Part shown: piece after piece, positions 50,375-59,827 of the stretch | How positions within the stretch are numbered: position 1 is the first letter of the stretch | How the letters are laid out: each line of letters starts with the position of its first letter | Virus record (IMG/VR): IMGVR_UViG_3300032307_000369 | Coordinates: 181,551-245,550 of that record | Strand: one strand, 5' to 3' | DNA: 64,000 nt | Made by a program: the position numbers and the translations under genes | The notes under the pieces: model-generated | Databases searched by the model: none | What the model saw: the letters and a program-made list of their open reading frames with translations, nothing else | What the model was told of the DNA's origin: nothing

Positions 50375-50401
50375 CCAACTTTCAAACCAATACTTAAAAG
50401 G

Positions 50402-50836
50402 TCAAATGATGTTGATTAAGTCAAATACTGTTTCTAGTTTGGTTCTAATAATCTTATTAGAAAAGCTACTTTTTAGCCCTTGATGCAATGGTTTGGGCGA
50501 ATGATCCATCTCTGACCAGCACCAACCTTTGTGCTCGCCGTTGAGCTTGGGGATAAATTCGTCTTCTATAATCATTAGATATGTGTGATAAAAGAACTTG
50601 TCGTCCTTACTCACAAATAGCTCTAAGGGAATTGTCTTTTTTACATCAGGCATTACCCCAATTTCTTCAACAATTTCTCTCTTCAAAGCTTCAAAATTAT
50701 TGGCGTCTGTATCTTCTTGTTTCCCGCCCACAATGCCCCAAGTACCGCTAGTCCTGCCGCCATTGCGAAGCAAGAATAAAAATCTCTTGGTTGATTTGGC
50801 ATAGAAAAGTGCTCCACTACAGACTATATCGTTCAT
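50402..50836 (-). CDS. Nudix hydrolase
   Basis: Nudix box GGKQE....EALKREIVEEIG; start at 50836 overlaps the gp15 stop (ATGA). Confidence 0.85.
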   Translation of the reverse strand: MNDIVCSGALFYAKSTKRFLFLLRNGGRTSGTWGIVGGKQEDTDANNFEALKREIVEEIGVMPDVKKTIPLELFVSKDDKFFYHTYLMIIEDEFIPKLNGEHKGWCWSEMDHSPKPLHQGLKSSFSNKIIRTKLETVFDLINII

Positions 50837-52284
50837 AAAATAATTTGCCAACTTCCGTTATCAAAGGTTCCTTCCATACTCTTGGTCCATGTTTCTCCGT
50901 CCCATTTGTATTGAATACCTGTATAAGCATTAGTTATGAACGTTGGGCCATTTTGCGCACCACTATTGAAAATAACGTGCCAAGTTGTGCCATCCCATTG
51001 AATTACATCATTAGCATTGGCTCTTAAAAATGTAGTTCCATTTGCATTTCTAAAATATGGAACACTGTCTGCAAAATCTACAATACTTGCAGGATTAATT
51101 TCTTCTAAGATTAAAAATCTCATGTCTACTGTTTTAGATGCTGGTAGTGGACGAGTAGGATCTACGATCGCATCCACTGTGCCTCTTGCGGCTGTTACTG
51201 CTCCAGCACCTGCAATCAATGTATTAGTTGGAAGACTTTGATTATCAAAGGTTAGATGCATTATTGTTTCGTCAGCAGAATCCAAACTCAATGTAGCAGT
51301 GGCAATTTTTCCATCTGCTTTGGTCAATTGTAACTTACTGTAGCCAGCAACAAATTTTCCTGGATAGCGTTCTAAAATTTCTCTCCAATTAATATTTTGT
51401 CCTAGTTTAGAAATTTGTGTATCAAATGTGTTAGTAACACCTTCAACGTTACCAAGCAGTTTGGCAATATATTGTGGACTACCACTAGAAGAATTATTAG
51501 TAATCATTACTCCATAGCCGTACAGCGTGATCACTTGTCTACTGATCATACTACCTGCTAATAGGTCGTTGGTAATATTTCCTTCTTCATCAAATACTCT
51601 AGCAATGATGCTTGTAATAACGCCTTGACGTTTGACTTTTGCAGGCGGGCTCAACCAAATAGGAGCCATAAATTTCAAACTGGCAACTTCTAAATCTTGG
51701 TCGCCTGTTGGAATAGTTTGGTTAGTATAATTAATTTCCATCAACTCTAGTGTGGTCAAACTAGTCCAATCTAGATAGTTGCTAGTAGTTTGTAATTCAA
51801 TTGCAGGATTAAACAACACTACTATCTGTTCTAAAATTTGTAATTTTTGATCAATGTTAGTTGTCCATATGTCTGCTTTTAAACTCAACTGATATGGATT
51901 AGGCATTAAACGTTCTACGGTTACGTCTGCACCACGCTTTGCCGCATAGTCTTCAATGAATTGTCCATAAGTGGGACTGTTAATATTTTCATCAGTATAT
52001 CCGTACTCACGTTCAATAACGTGTACTTTGCTCACATACGTAGGGTCCTGCATTCTTGTACGACTTAATTCTAAATTTTCAATGTAAGCACTAATAAAAG
52101 GTGCCTGCATTAAAAAGTTTTCACTGTTTTGTCTAAGAATTGATGCAGTTTGTTTGTTTAAGGTACCAAAACGTACAGGAACTTGTACTAGATTACCTTC
52201 ACCGTCTTGATAATGAAATCCACTCAATGCTCTTATAAATTGAGTAAGATATCTTCTTATTTGTCCATCGTAAAAGAAATCCAT
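50833..52284 (-). CDS. Tail sheath stabilizer / tail terminator, T4 gp15-like, C-terminally extended
   Basis: FFYDGQIRRY..QF, VPVRFG, P.PY.L and Q..QILEQI..LFNP. Confidence 0.8.
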   Translation of the reverse strand: MDFFYDGQIRRYLTQFIRALSGFHYQDGEGNLVQVPVRFGTLNKQTASILRQNSENFLMQAPFISAYIENLELSRTRMQDPTYVSKVHVIEREYGYTDENINSPTYGQFIEDYAAKRGADVTVERLMPNPYQLSLKADIWTTNIDQKLQILEQIVVLFNPAIELQTTSNYLDWTSLTTLELMEINYTNQTIPTGDQDLEVASLKFMAPIWLSPPAKVKRQGVITSIIARVFDEEGNITNDLLAGSMISRQVITLYGYGVMITNNSSSGSPQYIAKLLGNVEGVTNTFDTQISKLGQNINWREILERYPGKFVAGYSKLQLTKADGKIATATLSLDSADETIMHLTFDNQSLPTNTLIAGAGAVTAARGTVDAIVDPTRPLPASKTVDMRFLILEEINPASIVDFADSVPYFRNANGTTFLRANANDVIQWDGTTWHVIFNSGAQNGPTFITNAYTGIQYKWDGETWTKSMEGTFDNGSWQIIL

Positions 52285-53513
52285 TATGGGTTATCCGCCT
52301 TTGGTTTTAAATTTTTGCCAATCTCTAAAGGTTTAGATATTGACTGACGCTCGTCAATCTCTTTGTTACCAATAGTTGTTTTATTTTTATTATTAATGAA
52401 ACTGGTCTTCTGCGTCATGCGTGTTGAATTGTTGGTCATGGTCATACGCACATTGTTCTCAAATACTGACCATTTGCCTGTGTCGTATCTAAACAATCTA
52501 CTTGGCATAAAATCTGTTCTTAAGAAGAAATTACCCTCTTCTGGATTTGAAGGAAATTGCGCACCCATGCCATTAGGGCTAGAACTGTCACCTGTTAATT
52601 TAAGTCCATTTGGTGGTATGTTATCTCCCACCATGTAGCCTAGATAATAATTTTGTCTAGGCGTTTTTAATGTAACACTGGAATCTAATCCCAATGTGCT
52701 AGCATCTACTAGCGTTTGACTTGCATCATTTAACATGACCTTGCCATTTCTGTCAACTGGTACCATCCACAATTTTTCAGTACTGTAACCACTGAATGGT
52801 GCTTCAATTTCTGCTTGTTCAACAATCTTTTGATTAATTTCTAAGTTGGTATTATAAGAGCTAATTAGGTCTCTCAATGCTAACTGATCATCTGTAGGAG
52901 CATATGGACTCATTGGGTCTTCAGCAGACTTGTCCAATATATCTTTAAATTCTTGGCTATCAACAAGTGGTTTACATTTTAATTTAATCAAGTGTGGATA
53001 CCATGTTTGACTGAAACCTTCTGTTGGTCGCAGTACATCGTCAACCACATAAAATCTTCTTAAAGCTACTTGTGCATCATTTAATGCGTATGGATCTTTT
53101 AAGTGTGGAAGTTCTAAGACATCCCCAGCCATTATTTTGCGACCAATACGTTTTACACTGTCAGTTAAGTGTACGTGAATAAAAATTGTATCTTGTGCTA
53201 GAAAAAGTCCAAACTGTGTTAGACTCCAATCCAACTGTTGCATATTGTAAATGCAACGCATTACATATACGTCATCGCTGTATTTTCTATCTCTATTTTC
53301 TAGTAGTAAAAGATCTTGGATTCCTAACTCTGGGATCGCATTGCCGTTAGTGGGTTGCGCAGGGCTAGCGGTCCCTTCAATAGGATCTTTTGGTCCTAAA
53401 TACTTATGAACGTAAATATCGGTGCCACCCACCATAAATTGTTCTAAGATAGTTCTATCTAGAAATTTATAGTCGTGTGCTTTTTCTGGTCTGTATAGGC
53501 TTAGTCTTGGCAT
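52284..53513 (-). CDS. Neck protein, T4 gp14-like
   Basis: Start MPRLSLY at 53513; LTQFGLF..D and GDVLELP motifs; lies between gp13 and gp15. Confidence 0.75.
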   Translation of the reverse strand: MPRLSLYRPEKAHDYKFLDRTILEQFMVGGTDIYVHKYLGPKDPIEGTASPAQPTNGNAIPELGIQDLLLLENRDRKYSDDVYVMRCIYNMQQLDWSLTQFGLFLAQDTIFIHVHLTDSVKRIGRKIMAGDVLELPHLKDPYALNDAQVALRRFYVVDDVLRPTEGFSQTWYPHLIKLKCKPLVDSQEFKDILDKSAEDPMSPYAPTDDQLALRDLISSYNTNLEINQKIVEQAEIEAPFSGYSTEKLWMVPVDRNGKVMLNDASQTLVDASTLGLDSSVTLKTPRQNYYLGYMVGDNIPPNGLKLTGDSSSPNGMGAQFPSNPEEGNFFLRTDFMPSRLFRYDTGKWSVFENNVRMTMTNNSTRMTQKTSFINNKNKTTIGNKEIDERQSISKPLEIGKNLKPKADNP

Positions 53514-53553
53514 AGTAGTATATTTATTGTAATAGGATAAGGTAAATATAAGC
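53514..53553. promoter_or_regulatory. Back-to-back late promoters
   Basis: TATTTA at 53521-53526 (- strand, 7 nt from the gp14 ATG) and TAAATA at 53543-53548 (+ strand, 5 nt from the gp13 ATG). Confidence 0.6.
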
Positions 53554-54327
53554 ATGAGTGAACAAATTGATATTCTAAAAGACGAAAAAGAAAAGGTATT
53601 CAACTACTGCAAGGCTTTCTTAGCGGATGGCATGGTAGATGTTGAATTAGACCCAATTCATTACGAAACTGCATTAGAAAAGTCATTGGCTATATATCGC
53701 CAACGCAGTCCTAACAGTGTAGAAGAAAGCTATGCATTTTTAGACATGGTTAGAGATCAAAACGAGTATATTTTACCTGCAGAAATTATACAAGTGCGTG
53801 AAATATTCCGTAGAAGTATTGGATCTAGAACTGGTGGTGGTGATGGCGGTACTTTATTTGAGCCGTTTAACCTTGCCTATACAAATACATATTTGTTAAG
53901 TTCTAGTAACATGGGCGGCTTGGCCACATATTATATGTTTGGCGGATATCAAAAACTTGTAGGCAAAATGTTTGGTAGTTTTATCAATTTTACATTTAGT
54001 CCTACCACACGAAAATTAGTAGTTCAACAACGCCCACAAAGCAATGAACGTGTGCTCTTGCAAATCTATAACAAACGCCCTGATTTTGCGTTTTTACAAG
54101 ATACCTATGCTAACATTTGGATCAAAGAATACACTCTTGCCAACTGTAAGCTGATGCTAGGTGAAGCACGTGAAAAGTTTGGCACCATTGCTAGTCCACA
54201 AGGCGGCACACAACTTAACGGAACAGCTCTAAAAGCAGAAGCTACTGCTAGAATCAAAGAACTTGAAGACGAACTCAAGAAGGGCGATGCGGCAGCAATG
54301 GGCGGTTATACCTGGATTATTGGTTAA
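53554..54327 (+). CDS. Neck protein, T4 gp13-like
   Basis: L..GMVDVELD, WIKEYTLA.CK..LG..R.KF and P.GG.QLNG..LK.EA. Confidence 0.85.
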   Translation: MSEQIDILKDEKEKVFNYCKAFLADGMVDVELDPIHYETALEKSLAIYRQRSPNSVEESYAFLDMVRDQNEYILPAEIIQVREIFRRSIGSRTGGGDGGTLFEPFNLAYTNTYLLSSSNMGGLATYYMFGGYQKLVGKMFGSFINFTFSPTTRKLVVQQRPQSNERVLLQIYNKRPDFAFLQDTYANIWIKEYTLANCKLMLGEAREKFGTIASPQGGTQLNGTALKAEATARIKELEDELKKGDAAAMGGYTWIIG

Positions 54328-54336
54328 CCATTTCAC

Positions 54337-54365
54337 TTGACATCCCAGTAGAAACAATATAAAAT
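54337..54365 (+). promoter_or_regulatory. Sigma70-type promoter for the dNMP kinase gene
   Basis: TTGACA (54337-54342), 17-nt spacer, TAAAAT (54360-54365). Confidence 0.7.
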
Positions 54366-54388
54366 ATGTAGTATCACTTGGGGGTACT

Positions 54389-55051
54389 ATGATTATAGGC
54401 GTTTGCGGATTCATTGGTAGCGGCAAAGATACCATTGCTGATTACCTAGTAAATTTTCACGGTTTTAGAAGAGAAAGTTTTGCCAACAGTTTAAAAGATG
54501 CTGTGGCACAAGTATTTGGTTGGGACAGAACCATGCTTGAAGGGCGCACAAAGCAAGCCCGTGAATGGCGGGAGCAAGTAGATCCTTGGTGGGCAGAACG
54601 CTTGAACATGCCCAATCTTACACCACGCTTAATGTTACAGCTATGGGGCACTGAAGTGTGTCGCCGAGGATTTCATGACGATATTTGGATCGCCAGCTTA
54701 GAAAACAAACTACGCAACTCAAAAGACGACATTGTGATTAGTGATTGTCGGTTCCCTAACGAAATCAAATCAATCCGCAACGCTGGTGGCCAAATTGTGT
54801 GGGTCAAACGTGGTGAACTTCCTGAATGGTATGATTGGGCACTGAATGCCAACAAGGGCGAGGTTCAAAATTTTAATTGGTCTACCAGTAAGTCTAAACT
54901 AGAACAAGCAGGTATTCACGCTAGCGAAACTGCTTGGGTTGGTACAAAGTTTGATGCAGAATTTGACAATAACGGATCCATAGACGACTTATTCTTACAG
55001 ATTAAAGATCTGGTGTCAAATCGCCTTGCTTCCAGCCCAGCCCTTGTTTGA
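54389..55051 (+). CDS. Deoxynucleoside monophosphate kinase (T4 gp1-like)
   Basis: GFIGSGKDT P-loop, SFA..LKD, TPR..LQ..GTE, ISDCRFPNE and HASE. Confidence 0.92.
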   Translation: MIIGVCGFIGSGKDTIADYLVNFHGFRRESFANSLKDAVAQVFGWDRTMLEGRTKQAREWREQVDPWWAERLNMPNLTPRLMLQLWGTEVCRRGFHDDIWIASLENKLRNSKDDIVISDCRFPNEIKSIRNAGGQIVWVKRGELPEWYDWALNANKGEVQNFNWSTSKSKLEQAGIHASETAWVGTKFDAEFDNNGSIDDLFLQIKDLVSNRLASSPALV

Positions 55052-55340
55052 TCAGCATTCTTTGGCAGTTTGCGCACACCGTTTTAAGATTACTGTGTGC
55101 GCAATTGTTTAAATTTCCGTCCACGTGATAAACATCAAAGACCATTGGTTGCCCGCTAGTAAATCCGCATTTATCACACTTATTTTTCTTTTTGTAACCA
55201 CTGCGTGACCATCTAGGTTCTAAAACCGTAGTTCCTCTAGCACAGCTATCACATACACTTCGATAGTATACCCTGTTGTCTTTGTGGTAGTTAATCGCAG
55301 ACAAGTTCTTTTTACAATTCTTACACAAAGGTCGTTTCAT
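55002..55340 (-). CDS. Zn-finger / degenerate HNH protein
   Basis: CKNC, CDSC, CDKC and VYHVDGN..N...NL..VCANCQ; probable start MKRPLC at 55340. Confidence 0.75.
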   Translation of the reverse strand: MKRPLCKNCKKNLSAINYHKDNRVYYRSVCDSCARGTTVLEPRWSRSGYKKKNKCDKCGFTSGQPMVFDVYHVDGNLNNCAHSNLKTVCANCQRMLIKQGLGWKQGDLTPDL

Positions 55341-55448
55341 ATAATTAATTAGCCCTTTTCGTGCCCTTTTCTGCCTTGTATAACCAGCCAAATATTAAAA
55401 ATATCACTAAATATTATGGAACAAGGATCCCACTAAGGAGATTAGGAC

Positions 55449-58400
55449 ATGGCACAATTAGGATCACCTGGCGTACAAGTTAACGTCATTGATGAAAGTT
55501 TTTACAATCCTGCGCAACCAGGAACAATCCCATTGATTGTTTTAGCAACTGCGCAAGATAAATCAAATGCATCTGGTACAGGCATTGCTCCTGGAACACA
55601 AGCCGCAAACGCTAACAGTTTATATTTGGCAACTAGCCAAAAAGATCTAACTGATAGATTTGGCGTGCCAGTATTCCAGAAGGATAACAGCGGAAACGCT
55701 ATTCAAGGAAGCGAACTAAACGAATACGGTTTATTTGCAACCTACAGTTATTTGGGTGCAAGCAACAGCGCATATATTTTAAGAGCACCTGTTGATTTAG
55801 GAGCACTAACTAGCAGATCATCTGCTCCAGTTGGTAACCCAGCGGCAGATAGTTATTGGTTTGATACAGCATCATCACGCTTTGGTATTTTTGAATGGAA
55901 CAAAGACTCACAGTCATTTGTTAACAAAAATACATTAGTTTTGAATTCAGCAAATGATGTAGTTGGTACAAGCGGTGGAACAGCTTATCAGCCAAAAGCA
56001 AGCATTGGAGTTGCAGGCGACTACGCTATTGTAACTTACAGCGTTGAAGGAAACCCAAATGACAAAAACGTGTTATGGTTTAAAAATAACGATAGCGCAT
56101 GGGTCAAAGTAGGTAGCAAAAATGGCACAACATTTAGTGGCACAAGTTTTACTGCTGGTGACTGGACTGCTAGTTGGCCAACAGTTTCTTCTAAGGCATT
56201 CACTAATGTTGATGTAAGCGCAATTACATATACCAGCGTTAGCGCCACAGGCGGTGACGGTACTGGTGCAACATTTAACGTTACACGTAATGGCACACAA
56301 TATACTAGCGTAACAGTAGTTCCAGCAAGCGGCGGAGCTGGATCAGGAAGTTCAGGAACTGGTACTGGTTATGCAACGGGCAACGTGTTGACAATTCCAG
56401 GTACAAGTTTAGGCGGAACAAGCCCAACAAACGATTTAACAATTAGTTTAGCCAGCATGAGTGGTGGCGGAACTATTTTTAACGGTAACATTACACCAAA
56501 CCCATCAGCTATTGCAGTTTCTACTAGCAACTTGGGTATGAAAGTTACTGTTGGTAACTATGATAGATCTGGAAGCCCAAGTGTAATTAACTTTTCAGTT
56601 GATGGCGGTGGCAGTGGAAGTAGTCAGGGAGTTGAAGCAAGTCCAGCAGAGATTGCTACTCAACTAAATGCTCTATTACCAGCAAGCGTTTCCGTAAGAG
56701 TGAAAAATGGTAAATTAGAATTTATTGCTCAAAGCGATGTGTATATCAAGTTAGAAGATCCAGTATCTGGAACAACATTGCTTGCTCCAGCAGGATCTTC
56801 TGATGCCGCAATAGCTTCAAGTCCATTAGGAATTGAAGTTGGTACATACAATGCGCCATCAGTACAATTCAGTGATCACACTAAAGTTCCATTCTGGAAC
56901 GAAGATGACGTATTGTTAACATATCCAAGTGGCAGACCAAGTGGAAGTTTGTGGGTTAAGACTACAGAATTTAACCTAGGCGCTAAATGGGTTGTTAAGC
57001 GTTTCAATGGCGATACAAGAATTTATGAAACTAAGTCAGCACCTGTTTATGTTGGCACAGCTGAAGCACTAGCAAAGTTAGATCCACTAGGTGGCGGCGC
57101 AAATATTCCTGTAAATTCATTGTTTGTTAACGCAAACTTTGAACAAGATACTGATGCTAATTTTAGAATCATGTACAGAGCAGGTACAGGAGCAACTAGT
57201 GTTACTACAACATTAGATGCCAACTTTGTGACAACTAATGAAACAGTGATCATAGCAGAAACAACAACAGGTAGTGCAACAGTTAATGCTGTATCAATTC
57301 CTACAGGCGGCACAATTAGTGCGGCTGATTTTGTGGCGTTGATCCAAGCATCTGCACTAACCAAAGTTACTGCCACATATAATACTACTACAAGAAGTTT
57401 CACACTAACTCACGCAAGTGGTGGTGAAATTATGCTAAGTGGTACTACTTGGGCAGACGTGTTTACTGGCGACGAAAGCGATTTATATACAGGTCCAAGT
57501 GGCACAACATATGAGTTTAGAGTTAGCAACTGGAAGCCATTATCAACTGATGGTTACACAGTGTCTGGCACACAACCAACAGATGTTCCAGCAGACAGCA
57601 CATTATGGTATGCAGGTTATCAAAATCAAGTGGACATTATGGTTCATAATGGTACTACTTGGGTTGGTTACTTACAAGCATATCCAGCAACTAACGCAAC
57701 TGGCCCATTTGTACAGGCAACTAAGCCAACAAGACAAACTGATGGTACAGCACTAGTTGAAAATGATCTATGGATTGATACAAGTGATCAAGACATGTAT
57801 GGTCAAAACATCAAACGCTGGAATGATCGTAGCAAGACATGGGACGCAGTTACAACAACTGATCACACAAGTCAATTTGGTATTATCTACTCAGATGCAC
57901 GTTGGGGTGCAAGCGGCGACAGTACTACAGCAGGCTCAATTGTTGAATTGCTATCAAGTAGCTATGTTGACTTTGATGCTCCAGATCCAACAGCATATCC
58001 ACGCGGCATGCTATTGTGGAATACACGTAGAAGTGGTTTCAACATCAAGCAATACAGAGTTGGTTATGTAGATACAAGCGCAACTAACCCACGTCAAAGT
58101 GATGAGCCAATGACTGGTTACTTTGCTGATCGTTGGGTGAGCGTAAGTGGTCAAGATTTGAACCAAGTTTCATATTTTGGTCGTAAAGCACAAAGAGCAT
58201 ACGTTGTTGGTCAACTAAAAGTTGCTATCAATACAAATCAACGTATTTTAGATGAAGACAATATTTTCTTCAACCTAATTGCTTGCCCAGGATATCCAGA
58301 ACTAATTAGCGACATGGTGAACTTAAACAATTCACGCAATGGTACAGCACTTGTAGTTGGTGATACACCAATTCGTTTAGCAAGTGATGCTAACAGCATT

Positions 58401-59120
58401 GTTAACTATGGAACTGATTATTTTAACAGTGGTATTGATGGTGAACAAGGATTACATACAAACAGTGACCATTTAGCAGTGTACTATCCAAGCGGATTAA
58501 CTACTGACCTAAGTGGAAGCAACGTTGTTGTTCCAGCAAGTCACATGATGTTACGTACAATTGCAATTAGCGATCAACGTAGCTTCCAATGGTTTGCTCC
58601 AGCTGGTACACGTCGTGGTGGTGTTACTAACGCAACAAGCGTTGGTTACCTAAAAGACGGTAGTTTTGTGCCAGTTAGTTTAAATCAAGGAACCCGTGAC
58701 CAAATGGCACAGGTTAAGATCAATCCAATTACAAATATTCCTGGCGCAGGATTAGTTGCATTTGGACAGTATACAAAGACTGGAGTTAATAGTAGTTTAG
58801 ACAGAATTAACGTGGCACGTTTAGTCAGCTACCTACGTAGACAATTGGGTATTATCACTAAGCCATTCTTGTTTGAACCAAATGACAAACAGACACGTAG
58901 TGAGATTAAGAATGTTTGCGAAAGCCTAATGTTAGACTTAGTCAGCTTACGTGGTGTTTATGACTTTATTGTTGTTTGTGATGAAACTAATAACACACCA
59001 AACGTTATTAGCAACAACCAACTTTACGTAGACATTGCTGTTGAGCCAGTTAAGGCAGTTGAATTCATTTACATTCCTTTGAGATTGAAGAATGTGGGTG
59101 ATATTAAGTCACGTCAATAA
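55449..59120 (+). CDS. Tail sheath protein, T4 gp18-like, with large insertions (1223 aa)
   Basis: SPGVQV..IDES, WFAPAG..RG, INPI, SLDRINVARL, FEPND..TR and VCDETNNTP..I..N.L..DI...P.K..EFIYI; TAAATA at 55408-55413. Confidence 0.95.
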   Translation: MAQLGSPGVQVNVIDESFYNPAQPGTIPLIVLATAQDKSNASGTGIAPGTQAANANSLYLATSQKDLTDRFGVPVFQKDNSGNAIQGSELNEYGLFATYSYLGASNSAYILRAPVDLGALTSRSSAPVGNPAADSYWFDTASSRFGIFEWNKDSQSFVNKNTLVLNSANDVVGTSGGTAYQPKASIGVAGDYAIVTYSVEGNPNDKNVLWFKNNDSAWVKVGSKNGTTFSGTSFTAGDWTASWPTVSSKAFTNVDVSAITYTSVSATGGDGTGATFNVTRNGTQYTSVTVVPASGGAGSGSSGTGTGYATGNVLTIPGTSLGGTSPTNDLTISLASMSGGGTIFNGNITPNPSAIAVSTSNLGMKVTVGNYDRSGSPSVINFSVDGGGSGSSQGVEASPAEIATQLNALLPASVSVRVKNGKLEFIAQSDVYIKLEDPVSGTTLLAPAGSSDAAIASSPLGIEVGTYNAPSVQFSDHTKVPFWNEDDVLLTYPSGRPSGSLWVKTTEFNLGAKWVVKRFNGDTRIYETKSAPVYVGTAEALAKLDPLGGGANIPVNSLFVNANFEQDTDANFRIMYRAGTGATSVTTTLDANFVTTNETVIIAETTTGSATVNAVSIPTGGTISAADFVALIQASALTKVTATYNTTTRSFTLTHASGGEIMLSGTTWADVFTGDESDLYTGPSGTTYEFRVSNWKPLSTDGYTVSGTQPTDVPADSTLWYAGYQNQVDIMVHNGTTWVGYLQAYPATNATGPFVQATKPTRQTDGTALVENDLWIDTSDQDMYGQNIKRWNDRSKTWDAVTTTDHTSQFGIIYSDARWGASGDSTTAGSIVELLSSSYVDFDAPDPTAYPRGMLLWNTRRSGFNIKQYRVGYVDTSATNPRQSDEPMTGYFADRWVSVSGQDLNQVSYFGRKAQRAYVVGQLKVAINTNQRILDEDNIFFNLIACPGYPELISDMVNLNNSRNGTALVVGDTPIRLASDANSIVNYGTDYFNSGIDGEQGLHTNSDHLAVYYPSGLTTDLSGSNVVVPASHMMLRTIAISDQRSFQWFAPAGTRRGGVTNATSVGYLKDGSFVPVSLNQGTRDQMAQVKINPITNIPGAGLVAFGQYTKTGVNSSLDRINVARLVSYLRRQLGIITKPFLFEPNDKQTRSEIKNVCESLMLDLVSLRGVYDFIVVCDETNNTPNVISNNQLYVDIAVEPVKAVEFIYIPLRLKNVGDIKSRQ

Positions 59121-59133
59121 TAAGGAGCTATAA

Positions 59134-59760
59134 ATGGCAATTTCAAGTTTAAGTAGATTTTCAGTACCCGTTCCAGGGGGCCAAAGCGCAACTAGCCAAG
59201 GCTTACTAATGCCTAAGCTCAAGTACCGATTCCGTGTACTTTTAGATAACTTTGGCGTTACAAAACCAGCAACTGAACTGACCAAACAGGTTATGACAGT
59301 TGCACGTCCAAACGTACAGTTTGATAGTCAAACCATTGATGTTTACAACAGCAAGATTTTCTATGCTGGTAAGCACACATGGCAACCTATCCAAATGACT
59401 GTGCGTGATGATGTAAACGGTCAAGTTTCAAGACTAGTGGGCGAGCAAGTGCAAAAGCAATTTGACATGTTAGAACAAGTAAGTGCGGCTTCAGGCAGCG
59501 ATTACAAATTCACAATGCGTGTTGAATTGTTAGATGGCGGTAATGGAGCACAAGATCCAAACGTGTTAGAAACATTTGAACTTTATGGATGTTTCCTAAC
59601 AGATATCAACTACAACGAACTAACCTATGCGGAAAGTGGTCCAGTTGATATTACAATGTCAATCCAGTATGATAATGCGCTACAGTTAAACGGCGCAGGT
59701 AATCCTAATGGTATTGGTACGTTTGTTGGCAGAGCTTTACGTCAGACTTTGACAGGCTAA
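59134..59760 (+). CDS. Tail tube protein, T4 gp19-like
   Basis: PKLKYRFRV, YAGKHTW..I...RDD and L.Y.......I...I.YDNA; follows the sheath gene. Confidence 0.9.
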   Translation: MAISSLSRFSVPVPGGQSATSQGLLMPKLKYRFRVLLDNFGVTKPATELTKQVMTVARPNVQFDSQTIDVYNSKIFYAGKHTWQPIQMTVRDDVNGQVSRLVGEQVQKQFDMLEQVSAASGSDYKFTMRVELLDGGNGAQDPNVLETFELYGCFLTDINYNELTYAESGPVDITMSIQYDNALQLNGAGNPNGIGTFVGRALRQTLTG

Positions 59761-59781
59761 TACAAATTAGGGAGTGAATCG

Positions 59782-59809
59782 AAAAGCCTGGATTTTTCCA
59801 GGCTTTTTT
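59782..59809 (+). terminator. Rho-independent terminator after the tube gene
   Basis: AAAAGCCTGGA-TTTT-TCCAGGCTTTTTT. Confidence 0.85.
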
Positions 59810-59827
59810 ATTATACTAAATATTGTT

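Noticed and set aside
14380-58071. Numerous short antisense and off-frame ORFs inside structural genes
   Set aside because: These are expected from the biased codon usage of Thr/Gly/Val-rich genes, and they show no recognisable motifs.
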